Below, piece after piece: positions 14,091 through 26,756 of a stretch of 64,000 bases of DNA. The position numbers and the translations under genes were made by a program. Location of the stretch: assembly GCA_973895155.1 (NCBI GenBank), contig OZ316897.1, positions 19,407,124-19,471,123 on the forward strand, read 5' to 3'. The stretch comes from Marsupella aquatica (lineage: Eukaryota; Plantae; Marchantiophyta). The stretch's first letter is position 1; every line of letters begins with the position of its first letter. A model generated the notes under the pieces. The model was not told the origin of the DNA, did no database searches, and saw nothing but the letters and a program-made list of their open reading frames with translations.

Positions 14091-14222
14091 CGCGCCTTGC
14101 CTCCGAGTAGAGCTCGCTCGAAAGAAATTAGACGAACGCTTGACAAAGAGCGGGCCTGAGACCGAAGGAGCAGCTCGACGCGAGCTCGGCAAAAAGAACG
14201 AACGAGGCAGGGTCTTGCGAGT

Positions 14223-14269
14223 AAACCCTCGTCCCGTCAGTCATGTGGGTGGAAAGCCGGAACCCTAAA
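14223..14269. promoter_or_regulatory. Telo-box-like motifs upstream of RPS9
   Basis: AAACCCT (14223) and AACCCTAAA (14261). Telo-boxes (AAACCCTA) are typical of plant ribosomal-protein promoters, but these matches are imperfect. Confidence 0.4.
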
Positions 14270-14749
14270 TGCTATGGATACTTCGGTCCACCAGATCCAC
14301 TCCTAGGGCAAGGTTTCATGGCCAGGGGTAAGGGCAGTGTTCCATTGGCCCTCAAAGGGAATAGCCTCTTAATTTCCAAGAATATTGGACAATATCTGAG
14401 CCGTTTGTTGTTTCCTAATTAGGCAACTCTCAAGGCCTTCCACTGTACTTTTGATGCCCATGGAATAGTGTCGTAAGGCGGTAGGAGCACTCACTCTCCC
14501 AACTCTCCTCCCAAAGTGTACAACTATAGTGACCTTCAGGTTAGCGCAAACAATTTGGACGGAACATTAATATCTTGTGTTTGTAGGTTATACTGCAAGG
14601 CCAGAAATGTTTTTCTCCCCATATCTCTTTGTAAGTCTTATCACATATGCCACATTAGCCCAGACAATTTAAAGTAGATCAAGAACGTTGGGGGATCGAC
14701 TGGCAACACGAAAAGAATCAAAGTTTTGTGTATTAAGCAAGGCACCACC

Positions 14750-15230
14750 TTACACCCATCACTGCAAGATTTGGGTGTAAAGTGAGGAGCATGTCAGTGT
14801 GAATTCTGCTGTACAGTAAGATTGCATGCTACTCCTATCAATGTAAATTTCGATTGTCAAGTGAGGCAGCATGTTACAGAGTGCGTTACACCCTACAGTG
14901 TAAGGTTTTTGGTGTAAAGTGAGGCAACGCAGTACACCCATCACTGGAAGCTTTGAGTGTAAAGTGAGGCAGCATGTTACACCTGTCAATGTAAGTCTTT
15001 GATGTAAACTGAGATAGAGATTTTCCCCTGTGATTGTAAAATTTTGAGTGTAAAGTGAGGCAGCGTGTTATGGAGTGCATCACATCCATCACTGTTAAGT
15101 TTTTGAGTGTAATATGAGGCAGAATGTCACACCTATGAGTGTAAGTTTTGGGGTATACAGTGAGGAAGCATGTTAACGCATGTCAGTGTAAATTTGATTG
15201 TAAAGCGAGGCAGCGTGTTACGGAGTCCGT
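14750..15230. repeat. Degenerate ~45-55-bp minisatellite in the RPS9/H+-ATPase divergent promoter
   Basis: About 10-11 copies of GTGTAAAGTGAGGCAGCATGTTACACC...ATCA(C/A)TGTAAG.TTTT, ending ~130 bp before the ATPase ATG. Confidence 0.85.
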
Positions 15231-15361
15231 GGGGATGTGAAGGGACAACCGCTCGGTCCATCTGAGCTGCGCTTTCTTTCGTCATTATGGATGAAGAACC
15301 TATGTATTATGTGTTTGCCTGTGACATAGGTTGTTTCCCATGAGTATTAGACGGTTGGGAG

Positions 15362-18300
15362 ATGACGGGGCATGCCACTGCCCAAGCTTCACTGGAAATC
15401 CCAGGAGGGGAGGGCTATGTTGTTCCGGCGGGGCCCTCTGCCCTCCCCTCGAAGCTCGATGGGGAACATACAGCGGGCTCCATGGGTTGTGACTTGGAAA
15501 GCGTTCCAATGCAGGAAGTTTTTGAGAAGCTCAAATGTACACCGAAAGGTCTCTCGAGTGAAGAAGCTGCGGTTCGCCTCCAGCTCTGTGGTCCGAACAA
15601 ACTCGAAGAGCACAAGGAGAATCTGTTGCTGAAGTTTCTTTCGTTCATGTGGAATCCCCTGTCTTGGGTGATGGAGCTTGCGGCTTTAATGGCTCTGGTC
15701 TTAGATAATGGTGGTGGGTTGCCCCCGGACTGGCAGGATTTTGTCGGCATTGTGTGCCTTCTGATAATCAATTCAACAGTGAGTTACGTTGAAGAACAAA
15801 ATGCCGGTCAGGCAGCAGCAGCGTTGATGCAGGCGCTTGCCCCGAAAGCCAAAGTGCTAAGAGATGGAAACTATAAAGAAGATGACGCGTCGATTCTCGT
15901 TCCAGGAGACATCATCTCAATCAAATTAGGTGATATCATCCCGGCTGATAGTCGATTACTCGAAGGGGATCCACTTTCGGTTGATCAATCTGCTTTAACA
16001 GGGGAGTCAGTTGCAGTGTCGAAAAGACCTGGAGACGAGGTTTTCTCGGGATCTATTTGCAAGCAAGGAGAGTTAGAGGCAGTGGTGATTGCTACCGGGG
16101 TCAGCACATTTTTCGGTAAAGCAGCCCATTTGGTTGATACGACACAGAGCGTGGGGCACTTCCAAAAGGTCCTAACGATGATTGGGAACTTTTGTATCGT
16201 CTCAATTGCAGTTGGGATAGCCATTGAGGTAATTGTCATGTATCCAATCCAGAGGAGAAAGTATCGTGCCGGGATAGAAAATATGCTAGTCCTCCTGATT
16301 GGGGGAATACCCATTGCTATGCCGACTGTTTTGTCAGTGACAATGGCTGTTGGGTCCCATGGCCTGTCCAGGCAAGGGGCAATTGTCAAGCGCATGACAG
16401 CTATTGAAGAAATGGCAGGCATGGACATCCTGTGTTCGGACAAGACGGGAACTTTGACACTGAATCGTCTCACGGTTGACAAGGGAATCATTGAGGTGTT
16501 AAACAGCAAAGCAGACAAGGATCTTATACTTCTCACTGCTGCTCGAGCTTCTCGTATGGAGAATCAGGTTCGCCTCTCATTATTTCGTGGCAGTCGACCA
16601 GTGCACAATGTCCAAACGGCTGTTGTGCCCCCGGTAGATTCTGTGGTCCGCATTGTAAGACAAAAAATTAACATGCAGCATGAGACCGCTTACCACTTTC
16701 CCGTAGCGACCACTGCGGCGCTTGCTTATCATTCTACTTTTTAAATCGTCATTATGCCAAGTGAACAGTGAACCGTGGTATCAGTAGAATGTTGGTTGAA
16801 TTGCAGGATGCCATTGATCTTGCAATTGTAAGTATGTTGAGCGATCCTAGAGAAGCTCGCGAGGGCATTGAAGAAGTACATTTCTTGCCATTTAATCCCA
16901 CAGACAAGCGAACTGCACTGACGTATACCACGCCAGATGGAAAGATGCACAGGGCCACCAAAGGAGCTCCAGAGCAAATTCTAGAACTGGTTCCTAACAA
17001 GAGCGAGATACAAACACGAGTTCATGAGATTATTGAAAGATTTGCCAACAGGGGTTTGCGAAGCCTTGGGGTAGCCTACCAGGTTCAGCCTCACAACCAT
17101 TCTAATACTTTAGAGTAGAAATTCAAGATTTGTACATAACTGTCTGCACATGGACGACCCTGCTGTGCTTGTTACTTCCATGCAGGTTTAGTAGCAATAA
17201 ACATGGAGGATGACATTGCACGTTGCCTCACGCTGGGACTTTTAAGCACTGTTCCAATGTAGCTCATTCATGCATCAATGAGGACAGGAGGTTCCAGGAG
17301 GCACAAAAGAAAGTGAAGGAGGACCATGGGAGTTTTATGGCTTGTTGCCTCTCTTTGACCCTCCACGACATGACACTGCTGACACGGTGAGGCGTGCCCT
17401 GGAGTTGGGAGTAAATGTCAAAATGATAACAGGAGATCAGCTCGCGATAGCGAAGGAGACTGGACGAAGACTTGGAATGGGCACCAACATGTATCCTTCA
17501 TCTGTATTGTTTGCTAAAAATGGCGAGGATAAGCACATCCCAGATGGCATGGAGGAAGGGGAACTTGTCGAGCAAGCAGATGGATTTGCAGGCAACATTT
17601 TTTTTCCCAGCCGTTTTGTATGAGATGCACTGTCGCAAGTTCCATCAGCCAGGAACATCTACATCCCTAGCGTAGCTATACAGTTTCACCTTTATCCACA
17701 TTAAATGAACTGTAATGGATGGAGCTGTGACTGGAGTCAGAGGTCACTGTAGAGCTGACTTCTCTATAATGGTATCTAACAAACACATGGAACTCGTTAC
17801 CATAGTATATTAGCCTCTCTGACGTTTACTCTTGATTCGGGTGGATATTTGCACTCATGGAAATACTTCTGTACAGATGTCTCCGCGACTTTACACAAAT
17901 CCGCAAATGAAGAGAACGAACGTGACTTCTTTGCTGAATTTTCTACGCAATTGCGCATCACTGGCTTTTTGAATTTTGCGCCCATACCAACTAAGACGAA
18001 TTGACTGAAAGCACGATTTTAACACAATGGCTGGGAAGTAGTGATGACAGGTTGATTTCGTGAAAATCTCACAGGGGTGTTTCCAGAGCATAAGTACAAT
18101 ATCGTGAAGAAGCTCCAAGACAGGAAACACATATGTGGGATGACTGGTGATGGTGTGAATGATGCACCAGCCCTTAAAAAGGCAGATATTGGAATTGCTG
18201 TGGCAGATGCTACAGATGCTGCACGCAATGCCGCTGACATAGTGCTGACCCAGCCTGGTTAGTTCATACTTCGGATGCCATTGTGAAACACGAGGTGTAT

Positions 18301-21300
18301 CTACGTTTGCTGTAATGCCAATGTAGAGGTCAGTGAAATAACTCACGATCTCAACAGTAGACTTGAGAGTACATGGCCAGGGTATTTACTTAGAGAAATT
18401 AATTCTAGCATCGCCAGGTTCCACAGTGGGGACTGCAGATTTCAAGGCGTTGTCGTTCTTCACAGTTAAGGAGGCGCTAGTTGTGCTCAGCGGAGCTGTA
18501 CCATATTCTGAACAAAATTCCTTGAAACTCTTTGCTTTAGTTGTTACACATATATAAACTGGATGTAGATATGAGGCTGAAAGTCCAGTATCTGTCTGGC
18601 AGTGTTTGTTAACAGAAATTCTATAGATGGAAAGACCTACCTGAGGTCTGTAGGTTTCATTACATTTGTACAAAGGCGCACAACTCTGTCGCAGGATGTG
18701 CTCCAAAAATGATTTGCAATCATGGAACGGAAAAGCTCAGAAGGCGTAATGGACTCGTTTTGCAGGGTTAAGTGTGATTATCTCTGCAATTCTCACATCG
18801 CGGTGCATCTTCCAACGCATGAAGAATTACACAATTTATGCTGTGTCCATCACCATCCGGATTGTAGTGGGCTTCATGCTAATGGCACTCATTTGGAAGT
18901 TCGACTTCTCGCCTTTCATGATTCTTATTATTGCTATCTTAAATGACGGTACCATTATGACCATTTCCAAGGTATACGAAAGGTGGATGTGCGATATGGA
19001 TAGATATTTGTGCTATGGTAGTAGTCAATTCATGTGGGGTTTTTAGAAGGAACATTTCGTACTCATGAGTGCAAAGAGTCTGGTCGACCTGCAAGTTTAC
19101 CTGTTCTCCCACTTTCACTGTCCCATGAGGTATTTAATTATCAACAGATTGCGGTGATTATTGAAGCAGGACCTTTAGCTGATGCTATTGGAAAGCTGTG
19201 CTTCTTGACAGGATATCGTGACACCGTCTCTGAAGCCTGACTCTTGGAAGCTCAAAGATCTTTTCATACTAGGAACATTCCTAGGGGGATATTTGGCGCT
19301 TATGACTGTGATTTTTTTCTTCCTAATGCGTGACACCAACTTCTTTGAAAAGTACTTCAAGGTGTGTACCTTGCCCATGCATTTCTATGGATCTTTTAAT
19401 GAATTTGCATAAGGGGCTATTGTTTTTACTGAAAGCTGTTCAGTGGGAAAAAAGAAGAGTGAGCACCATTGTTAGCACTTAAGACATGGTTAACTCCCCA
19501 CCTCCCTTTTTCAATCAATACGTACTGGCTCGCACACCATTTTTGTAGATGTTCTATGAATTTTATATCGGCAAGCATTCATTTCGCGGCTGGTTTGTGG
19601 TGAATACATCTTAAATTTTCTCCACATTGGTCTTCAAGATAAGTGGGAAGGCAACTAGAGCCCTGGTCAGTCAGATAACAAACGAACAACCGATTGTGGA
19701 GGAGCTATCTGTCCTTCGTTTATCTTCCGGGTAGAGAAATTACCTCCCCTAGCTGCAGAGTCATTAAGAGATTGTTGCTCCAATTTGAATACTCTGGACA
19801 ATCTTTATTTCGATTGCTCATGACTTTCAAGTTGTATGCATGATCTGGCTGGAATTTTTATAAAACTCTGCGCAAATGTAATGGTTTCACATGGAAGATG
19901 CGGAAGCTTAATGACAGCTTTGAAGAGACTGCGGTGATATATTTGCAAGTCAGTGTTGTCAGCCAGGCACTAATATTTGTGTGCCGGTCACATCGGTGGT
20001 CATTTTTGGAGAGACCTGGACTTATGCTAGTGGTGGCTTTCTTGATAGCCCAATTGATTGCAACCATCATCGCAGTTTATGCAGACTGGCCCTTTGCCAG
20101 AATCAAAGGTTGCGGATGGGGTTGGGCAGGAATGACTTGGCTCTACAAGTAAGAATCATCCTTGAGCAAGGGCTTGTACTTCGTAGTATTTTCTGGGCTA
20201 CTCAATTCACCATGTTTTTTAGTTTATTCGAGTGTCCCACTGGAGCACAAATACTCAATCGGAATTTCGCACCTATTCACGCGATGTATATTGGATGCTG
20301 GCAAGTTTAAAACTTGAATCGGGGCTCTCACCATCTAAGCATGGAGCCCATGTTATCACTCTTCATGCACGATCTCCATATGACATGTTAAAGCTCTTGC
20401 CGTTGGAAATCTGTTATGTTTTGCTCTACATATGTAACTGATGAATGTGACCATCGTACCGGGCAGGTGTCAGTAGTATGTAGATGAGTTACTATAGCTA
20501 TCCGAGTAGATCTCTTGAGTTGTGGACAGAGACATCCTAACACTACGAAACTTCCTTGATGCACTGCGGATGCAAACAGTTTGGTGTCGTACCTTCCCTT
20601 GGATGCAATTAAGCTGATTATTCGGTACGTCTTGAGTGGTGATGCCTGGAATTTGCTAACGGAGAAAAAGGTCGCCTTCACCCCACATCAAAATTACGGC
20701 CGTGAGAAACGACAGGCACAATGGATGGCTATTTCGCATGGTGTGGGTGCTTCAAGATCATCAGCTGCAACCTCCTCTGCCCTGCCAATGGCGACGCAGG
20801 GGTACCGCCTCAAAGGCCGAGGCGCTGCCGAACAGGCAAGGCGTCGTGCAGAATTAGCCAGGTATTGTCTGGTGAATATAGTTTCTATTTACTTGCTGCA
20901 GGAAAGTAAGGGCATTGAGATATTCATTGGCAGATGCGTTTCAGTAAAGATAGACTGATATTGACCTCTGATTGTACCATTCGTTATTGTCAGGAAGGGT
21001 AACCCAGGTTTTGTCACACGAATTGGAAACAGTGGTTTCTCAACGAGTTGGGATATCAGTTTCTTATGTGAGTTTAGGTTTACTGCTTTGCATATCAATT
21101 CAGGGAGACAGCTAACGAGACTCTAAATAATCTTGTGGCAGATTAAGAGACAGACATGCCTTGAAGGGCCACATCAGTACGGTGGCCAGATTGAAGGGTC
21201 TTGATGATAAAACTGCAATTGAGAATTTTTATACGGTGAGTTGTAGGCTCCTCCTTTCACAAACGGCCAGTATCGACTTGTAATTTTGATGTTTCTCACA

Positions 21301-21571
21301 ATACACGAAGGGAAGGTATGTTTGTGTTGCTTGTTCTAGTTCATGTTCACACGATCTCTTATGTTGAGAAAAGTGACCTGGGGTGTTTGTTCCTTACATC
21401 TTTTCTTTTCTTTCCTTTGCCTTCTGGTTTCTGATATAACAGTTTAATCCCCTCTGGAGAACGCTACCTGAAGCCACAGAACCTCCCACTCAAGTTGGTT
21501 CTGACGGTGCTGATCCTGCTCAAGGGGATTTAAACCTGAGGGTAGAGGCGAGGAGGTACTCAATTTCTTAG
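15362..21571 (+). CDS. AHA: P3A-type plasma-membrane H+-ATPase; exons 15362-16567, 16807-17082, 17288-17591, 18075-18257, 18766-18971, 19212-19361, 19898-20148, 20580-20861, 21142-21235, probable last exon 21443-21571
   Basis: Motifs [45 protein letters not shown] (phosphorylated Asp), [45 protein letters not shown] and the R-domain [22 protein letters not shown]...KGLD. Intron 3 needs a GC donor. The 3' end is uncertain (alternative stop at 21283 if unspliced). Confidence 0.95.
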
Positions 21572-23899
21572 TGCAGGTATGCTGCTCAAATTCTTCAGGT
21601 GCTTAATTGCTACCTGTCCTCATTCTGGATCAAACGATGATCGTTTTTCCACTTTTCCACTTATATACGGGTTATGTTTGCTCAGATCTGTACGCTGTTT
21701 TTAAAGGTTGACTGAAGTGATAGTTATCAGGAGAGCATGTGCATAGTCTCCACCTTCATTTTGTCGAAGTGTGGCAGTTGTCGATGTCTTCCCCCGATGC
21801 AAGTACCCTCAAACCCACCAATTCTCAAAGACTATACACTTCAGTGGGTTATCTTTTGGTGGTGGCATGCGATTCTCCATGCACTTAAATATTGGGAGCA
21901 ACATTACAGAGAAAATGTTGCGGCGCTTTCGGAAGCCTTGCTGATTACGTTCACCTGCTATCCTTAACCCCATCATATCGAGTCCCCGTCACTAGTGCCC
22001 TCTAACCTATGTAGCTTATACTGAAGTGAAGTGCCCAGAGATCTAGTTTTATTTTGGTTGGTTTCCTCCTGAAACAGATATAACACTGGAGTTTCTCAAC
22101 GTCAGAAGCTTGATTGATGGAAGTGAAGCAGACAGCTTGCAAGTGCTTACTAACCCACCACCGTGGAACACTACAAGCAAGTTTTTGCTGGCAGTATTTC
22201 GTTCTCGCTCTCGAGCTGTCTCTGTTTTAGAGCAACGAGATACTAAGATTGTTTTGACACTTTGCATGTATATAGTTTAGTCTCCTGGCATAACAGTTGG
22301 TTTCAGGGTTTTGCTGCGGTTAGGATCTCTTTGTAGAACGTTGAAACTAGTACAGAGCAATGGAAGGAGCTGACAATACATCCTTACTCCCACTGGGACT
22401 AACGATTTGAATAAATGGTATAGATGGTCGAAGCAGTCAAAAATATTTTCCTGTAGATGTCAGTGGTAGTACGTTCCAGTGTTGTTTCGCCAAAACAACT
22501 GAGGAAATAGCAGTGAGATTGCCTACATTGATAGAGGGGCGCCCGGGGGGTCACTCATATGGTGCATGTTCTATTCTTAGATGACTGGGTTTGAAATGGC
22601 GTATTGGCCAGAAGAGACTTATGATCTACTACATGATGGCCAGATCTGAAATGAATATGCTGACCAGGAGAAAGTTGATCTTCGCTAGTGTGTTTGTCTG
22701 TGTCTTGCTACCTTGAATGGTGAACGGTGGGTTCGAAAGGATACGAGTGGTGCAGTGGGTTTGTGGTGAAACACTTATATTAAGCGAAGCAAACGGCAGC
22801 GTGGTCAGGACTTTCCATTTTGAACTCATTAAATCAATGCCTTTGAGAGTTTTCTGAAGAACATCTTAGTGAATTTTCACATAGTTGCTGAGTGTAGTCT
22901 ATCGCATTATTGCTAGTTGTACAATGACTAGCCCAATGCATGTGTATGCACAATTGTGACTGCAGAAGTGGTTTTGTTTAGGCCATATTGTTGTTGCAGT
23001 CTTGGTGCCACTGTGGTCTTGGTGTCATTGCACTCGAATTGTTTTAATGATCATTTTCTCAACTGTGTGTGCATCATCTTATTGCTATAAGATGGGCAAA
23101 CGGTAGCAAAACAAAGAGTTGAAACTGAAACACTACTCTTTGACATCTTGAATTGATAAATCCACCACACCGTTTCAGGGCAGATAGATCTTGGTTCATC
23201 ATGTTGCTCAACCTCCACTGGTGCTTGATCATGCAATATAGATACACTTACATAAGTACTTGACCATTTTGATAGACTAGAAAAAATCATTACGAGTGAT
23301 TTATTTTATATTCAAATACAGATTATATGGAACAATCCATCCATCCCCAAACTTGATCTCTAAGAGGGAACATATATAATGGGTGATGTTTTAGGGTTTG
23401 GAACCCCCAACTTGTAATAGTTGAGCATATTTTGGAGTCAGTAAAGATGCTCTAGTGAGATTGATGCCAAGTACTTGACATTAGAGTAGAATAATTGCTG
23501 GATTTGCCCCCTACTTCAACAAAGGGGGAAATTAAAGGGACACACATCTAAAGCCATTGTTGCCAATGGGGACACATCATTAAAATTTGTTTTTCTTTTG
23601 GAGGTATTTTCTGGTGAAGTACCCACTTTATCTCAATTATTTCTCTCTAGCCAATATTTGTGCATTGCACATATATGTATAAGTGAGTAAAGTACTGCAC
23701 ATATACGAATAAGTGACTCAAGTAAGTGTTGATGTCACCATTGATGCAAAATTTTAGGAGATGCAAAACCTAGTTTGGATTGGGTCATGCATGTAAGAAA
23801 TCGTCAATTCAAGATTAGATAGCAATGCGGAACATGATAGCACTCAATCTTACACTACACCAACAAGACACCTCATGGAAAAACTCCTAAAGGATCTAT

Positions 23900-25250
23900 A
23901 GCTCTAAGAAAGTACATGTGAAGAATTAGGGAGAGAAAGTTCCCCCTCCAACCAATACCCCCCAAGGGCCGAGGATATGTGGACCTAAACTAAGCGGATC
24001 TTATCACATATAATGTACTCCAAGGTTAACTGACCCTAGTAATGTCAAACTAACTAAAGTCAGGATGAATCTTCATCCCTAGAATCATCATCCCCAGGTT
24101 GAGTTTTCAATGATTGAAGGACTTGGGTTAGGCTTCATTGGAAACGCTTTACTCAACATTGCTTTCAGATCAGTAACATCAGATTTATTCTCAGTCAAGA
24201 TCAACATGTCATCCAATTATAGTGCCAACACAATGTAATCAAAGCGTGAGTAATTCTCCACCTCCTTTATGTAAATATAACAATCATGTTCACTCCGCAT
24301 GAATCCTTAGGGCAACATGAAGGAATCAAAATGATTATTACACTATTTGGGACTCTACTTGCATCTGTACCTACATCCGTATAATGAGCACAAAAGCTAA
24401 CTCCCCAAGTGTCTGGTCAATAAAACTTGGAGGCTGAGTCATATAAATCTCCATATCAAGCAATTCATGCAAGAAATGCAAGAAAGATCTAACTCAAAAT
24501 CAAAGAATGTCACAATCGCAAGTAAAACACAGATCCATAGTAGTGAATTTGTACAGTCCAAGCCCTCCTCCTAGGTGTATCCCAAAGCCACAAGGCATGC
24601 CTTGTAAGTGTCATCCTGCTTCTTCTTGTACAACCATCTACACGGAACCAATGTCTTCTCGCGAGACATGTTTGTTAAACGCCAAGTCAAATTCTTTTTC
24701 AAAGAGTTCATCTCCTTCAGTTGACATTGCCTTTATCCACTTTTCCTTCTCTAGAGAGGCCATAGCTTCTTCATAACTAGAGGGGTCTTCATCCTTAGTG
24801 AGAAAAATAACATTGGGATCATTGTCAAGCTCAACCACGTGAATCCGAGGATCTACAAAACCAAATCTATTAGGGGGTTGGCCCTCAGTCTTAACAAATA
24901 TGTGGAGTACATGCAAGTGCTAGAAGGTTGGTTTTTATAGATTTTAAACTAATAATTATTATTATCGATAACAAAATAACTTTTTGTAGAAAAAACATAA
25001 ATAACAAGGGGTAAGATCCCCAACACATTTTTGAGAATGTTGTGTGTCAAGAACAAATCAATCTTGCTACACATACACCTGCACCAACATGTCCTCCCAC
25101 CTCTCATCTGTTAGAGTCGAGGGCTTCACTCCAATGATCGTCTTTTCAAGACCCTACTGGATCAATACATCGGTCACCTTCAGAGTTTAGAGGGTGAAGC
25201 TGATCTTCCTATCAACTTATCCACCTCAAACTTGGGCATTGCAAGCTTTT
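23900..25250 (-). mobile_element. Degenerate, internally deleted Ty1/Copia retrotransposon (gag and RT fragments)
   Basis: Minus strand ~25240-25090 reads PKFEVDK...KVTDVLIQ*GLEK (Tnt1-like gag N-terminus). ~24790-24720 reads EDPSSYEEAMASLEKEKWIKAM. ~24480-24200 reads FLH...EIYMTQP...FDSFM...GFMRSEHDCYIY...LAL*LDDMLI (RT, YVDDML-like). Stops and frameshifts throughout; left boundary approximate. Confidence 0.88.
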
Positions 25251-25314
25251 GAGAACCTATGAATGTTGTCACAAACACACAAGCCCACACACAAGAAAGA
25301 CACAACCGAAATAC

Positions 25315-25646
25315 TGTTGAACTATGACGTCTTCCTTCATGACGATCCAATCATTACTCATTCCATGCACACGTAATCGACACAATCTCTACGTGGTTCA
25401 CCTCTTCTCCAAGGCTACGTCCACACGAAAACTCAAGCTTTACTTCAAGAGTAGACAAACACACATGCTCTCCCTCTTCCTCAAGTTGCTCCGTTACAAT
25501 GAGTAAGCACCACACACCAGCGGCTTACACTAGCCCTGGTATATACAAGGTCACACACGACTAACCTAACCTCAGCTAAGACCCTAACTGTGGTTAGCCT
25601 AAGTGCCGTAACCTTTGAGTCACAAGACTAAGAGCAATCCTTAACA
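25315..25646 (-). mobile_element. Solo LTR (332 bp) with 5-bp target-site duplication AATAC
   Basis: TGTTGA...TTAACA flanked by AATAC at 25310-25314 and 25647-25651. Shares GTAATCGACA, TGGTTCACCTC, CTACGTCC and TGGTTAGCC with the LTRs at 53 kb; strand inferred from those copies. Confidence 0.85.
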
Positions 25647-26756
25647 AATACCTCCACCCAAAAATCACCAAAAAATGAAAGTTGGTGAAAGTGTAAATGT
25701 AATGTACCAACATGTAGCTTGCAAGATACACTGTCAAGATTCGAAAACAATTTAACAAAAAATCTCCTCGAGCAAAAACTTCTTCAACTTGGACATCGAG
25801 GAATCAAAGTATAGTCAAATTTACAACACAAGGCACCACAAGTTAACATTGTCTGCCTAGAAGGAAAAACTATATGTGAGGGTAAAAGAACAAGACAAAG
25901 TATTTAAACGATAGATTAAAAAATCAAACAAATTAAAGACCTGGTAAAAGGCATTTAATCGCCCTTGCACATCCATCATTATCACCTCGTACGCCAGGCC
26001 AACATGTGTTGCTCCCTCAAGCTAGGAGCACAGGACTGCACACGGGCCCTCCTTCACTTGCCCTCTTAATGCCCAAAGCTCTTGCAAAGCTCTTGCATAG
26101 GTCTATGTGCTGCTGAATTAATTAAAGGTCTACTAAGGAAAAGGAGGCATTGACTCCCCCATCCCTCCACCTCCTTATGTAACCTTTGTACCAAGGAGTA
26201 ATTGAAAGTTGTACTTTGAGTACAGGGTACTCAATGCCCCATATCTCCTAAAGTACCTTTGTATCCAGGGGGCTTTCAAGGGAAAGGAGTTTGTTGCCCC
26301 CTCTTCCTCCTTACATACCTGCAGGACCAGGTACGCAACACTTGTATAATAGGCAGGAATCTACATTTTATAATGGACTACAAAGTTGGCTATAAGAGAA
26401 ATTAAAATCCAAAAAAAATTGGGTTTTCCACTTAAATTTTTTTGAAGTCATACAAAAGATTTGGTTTTCTTTTTTTCCACGTAAAATTAAAAAACGTTCC
26501 TAAAATTGTTGTGATTTTTGTTAAAGATTTTCTAGAATTTTAATAAAAATCCCCAAAAGCTTATTATTTTGGCTATAGATCCCTATTTTTTATATTACAT
26601 CTTTTGATTCCTTGAGTTGAAAGGTACCAGATTTTAGTAGACTAAAATGAAACTTCACAGGGTCAATTGGATATAAAGTCATTATCAAGAATTATAAACT
26701 TGCCTTATAAAAAGGGGAGTTCCATACTTGGGTCCACGTCTTTGTTCAACAGGTCA

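Noticed and set aside
14750-15230. CRISPR-like look of repeated TGTAAAGTGAGGCAGC blocks with variable intervening sequence
   Set aside because: Repeats are degenerate, the intervening parts are homologous to each other, there are no cas genes and the context is a spliced plant genome; it is a minisatellite.
15415-16536. Long antisense ORFs over the ATPase (and similar ones over RPS9, PEAMT and the PAN-like gene)
   Set aside because: Shadow frames of real coding exons.
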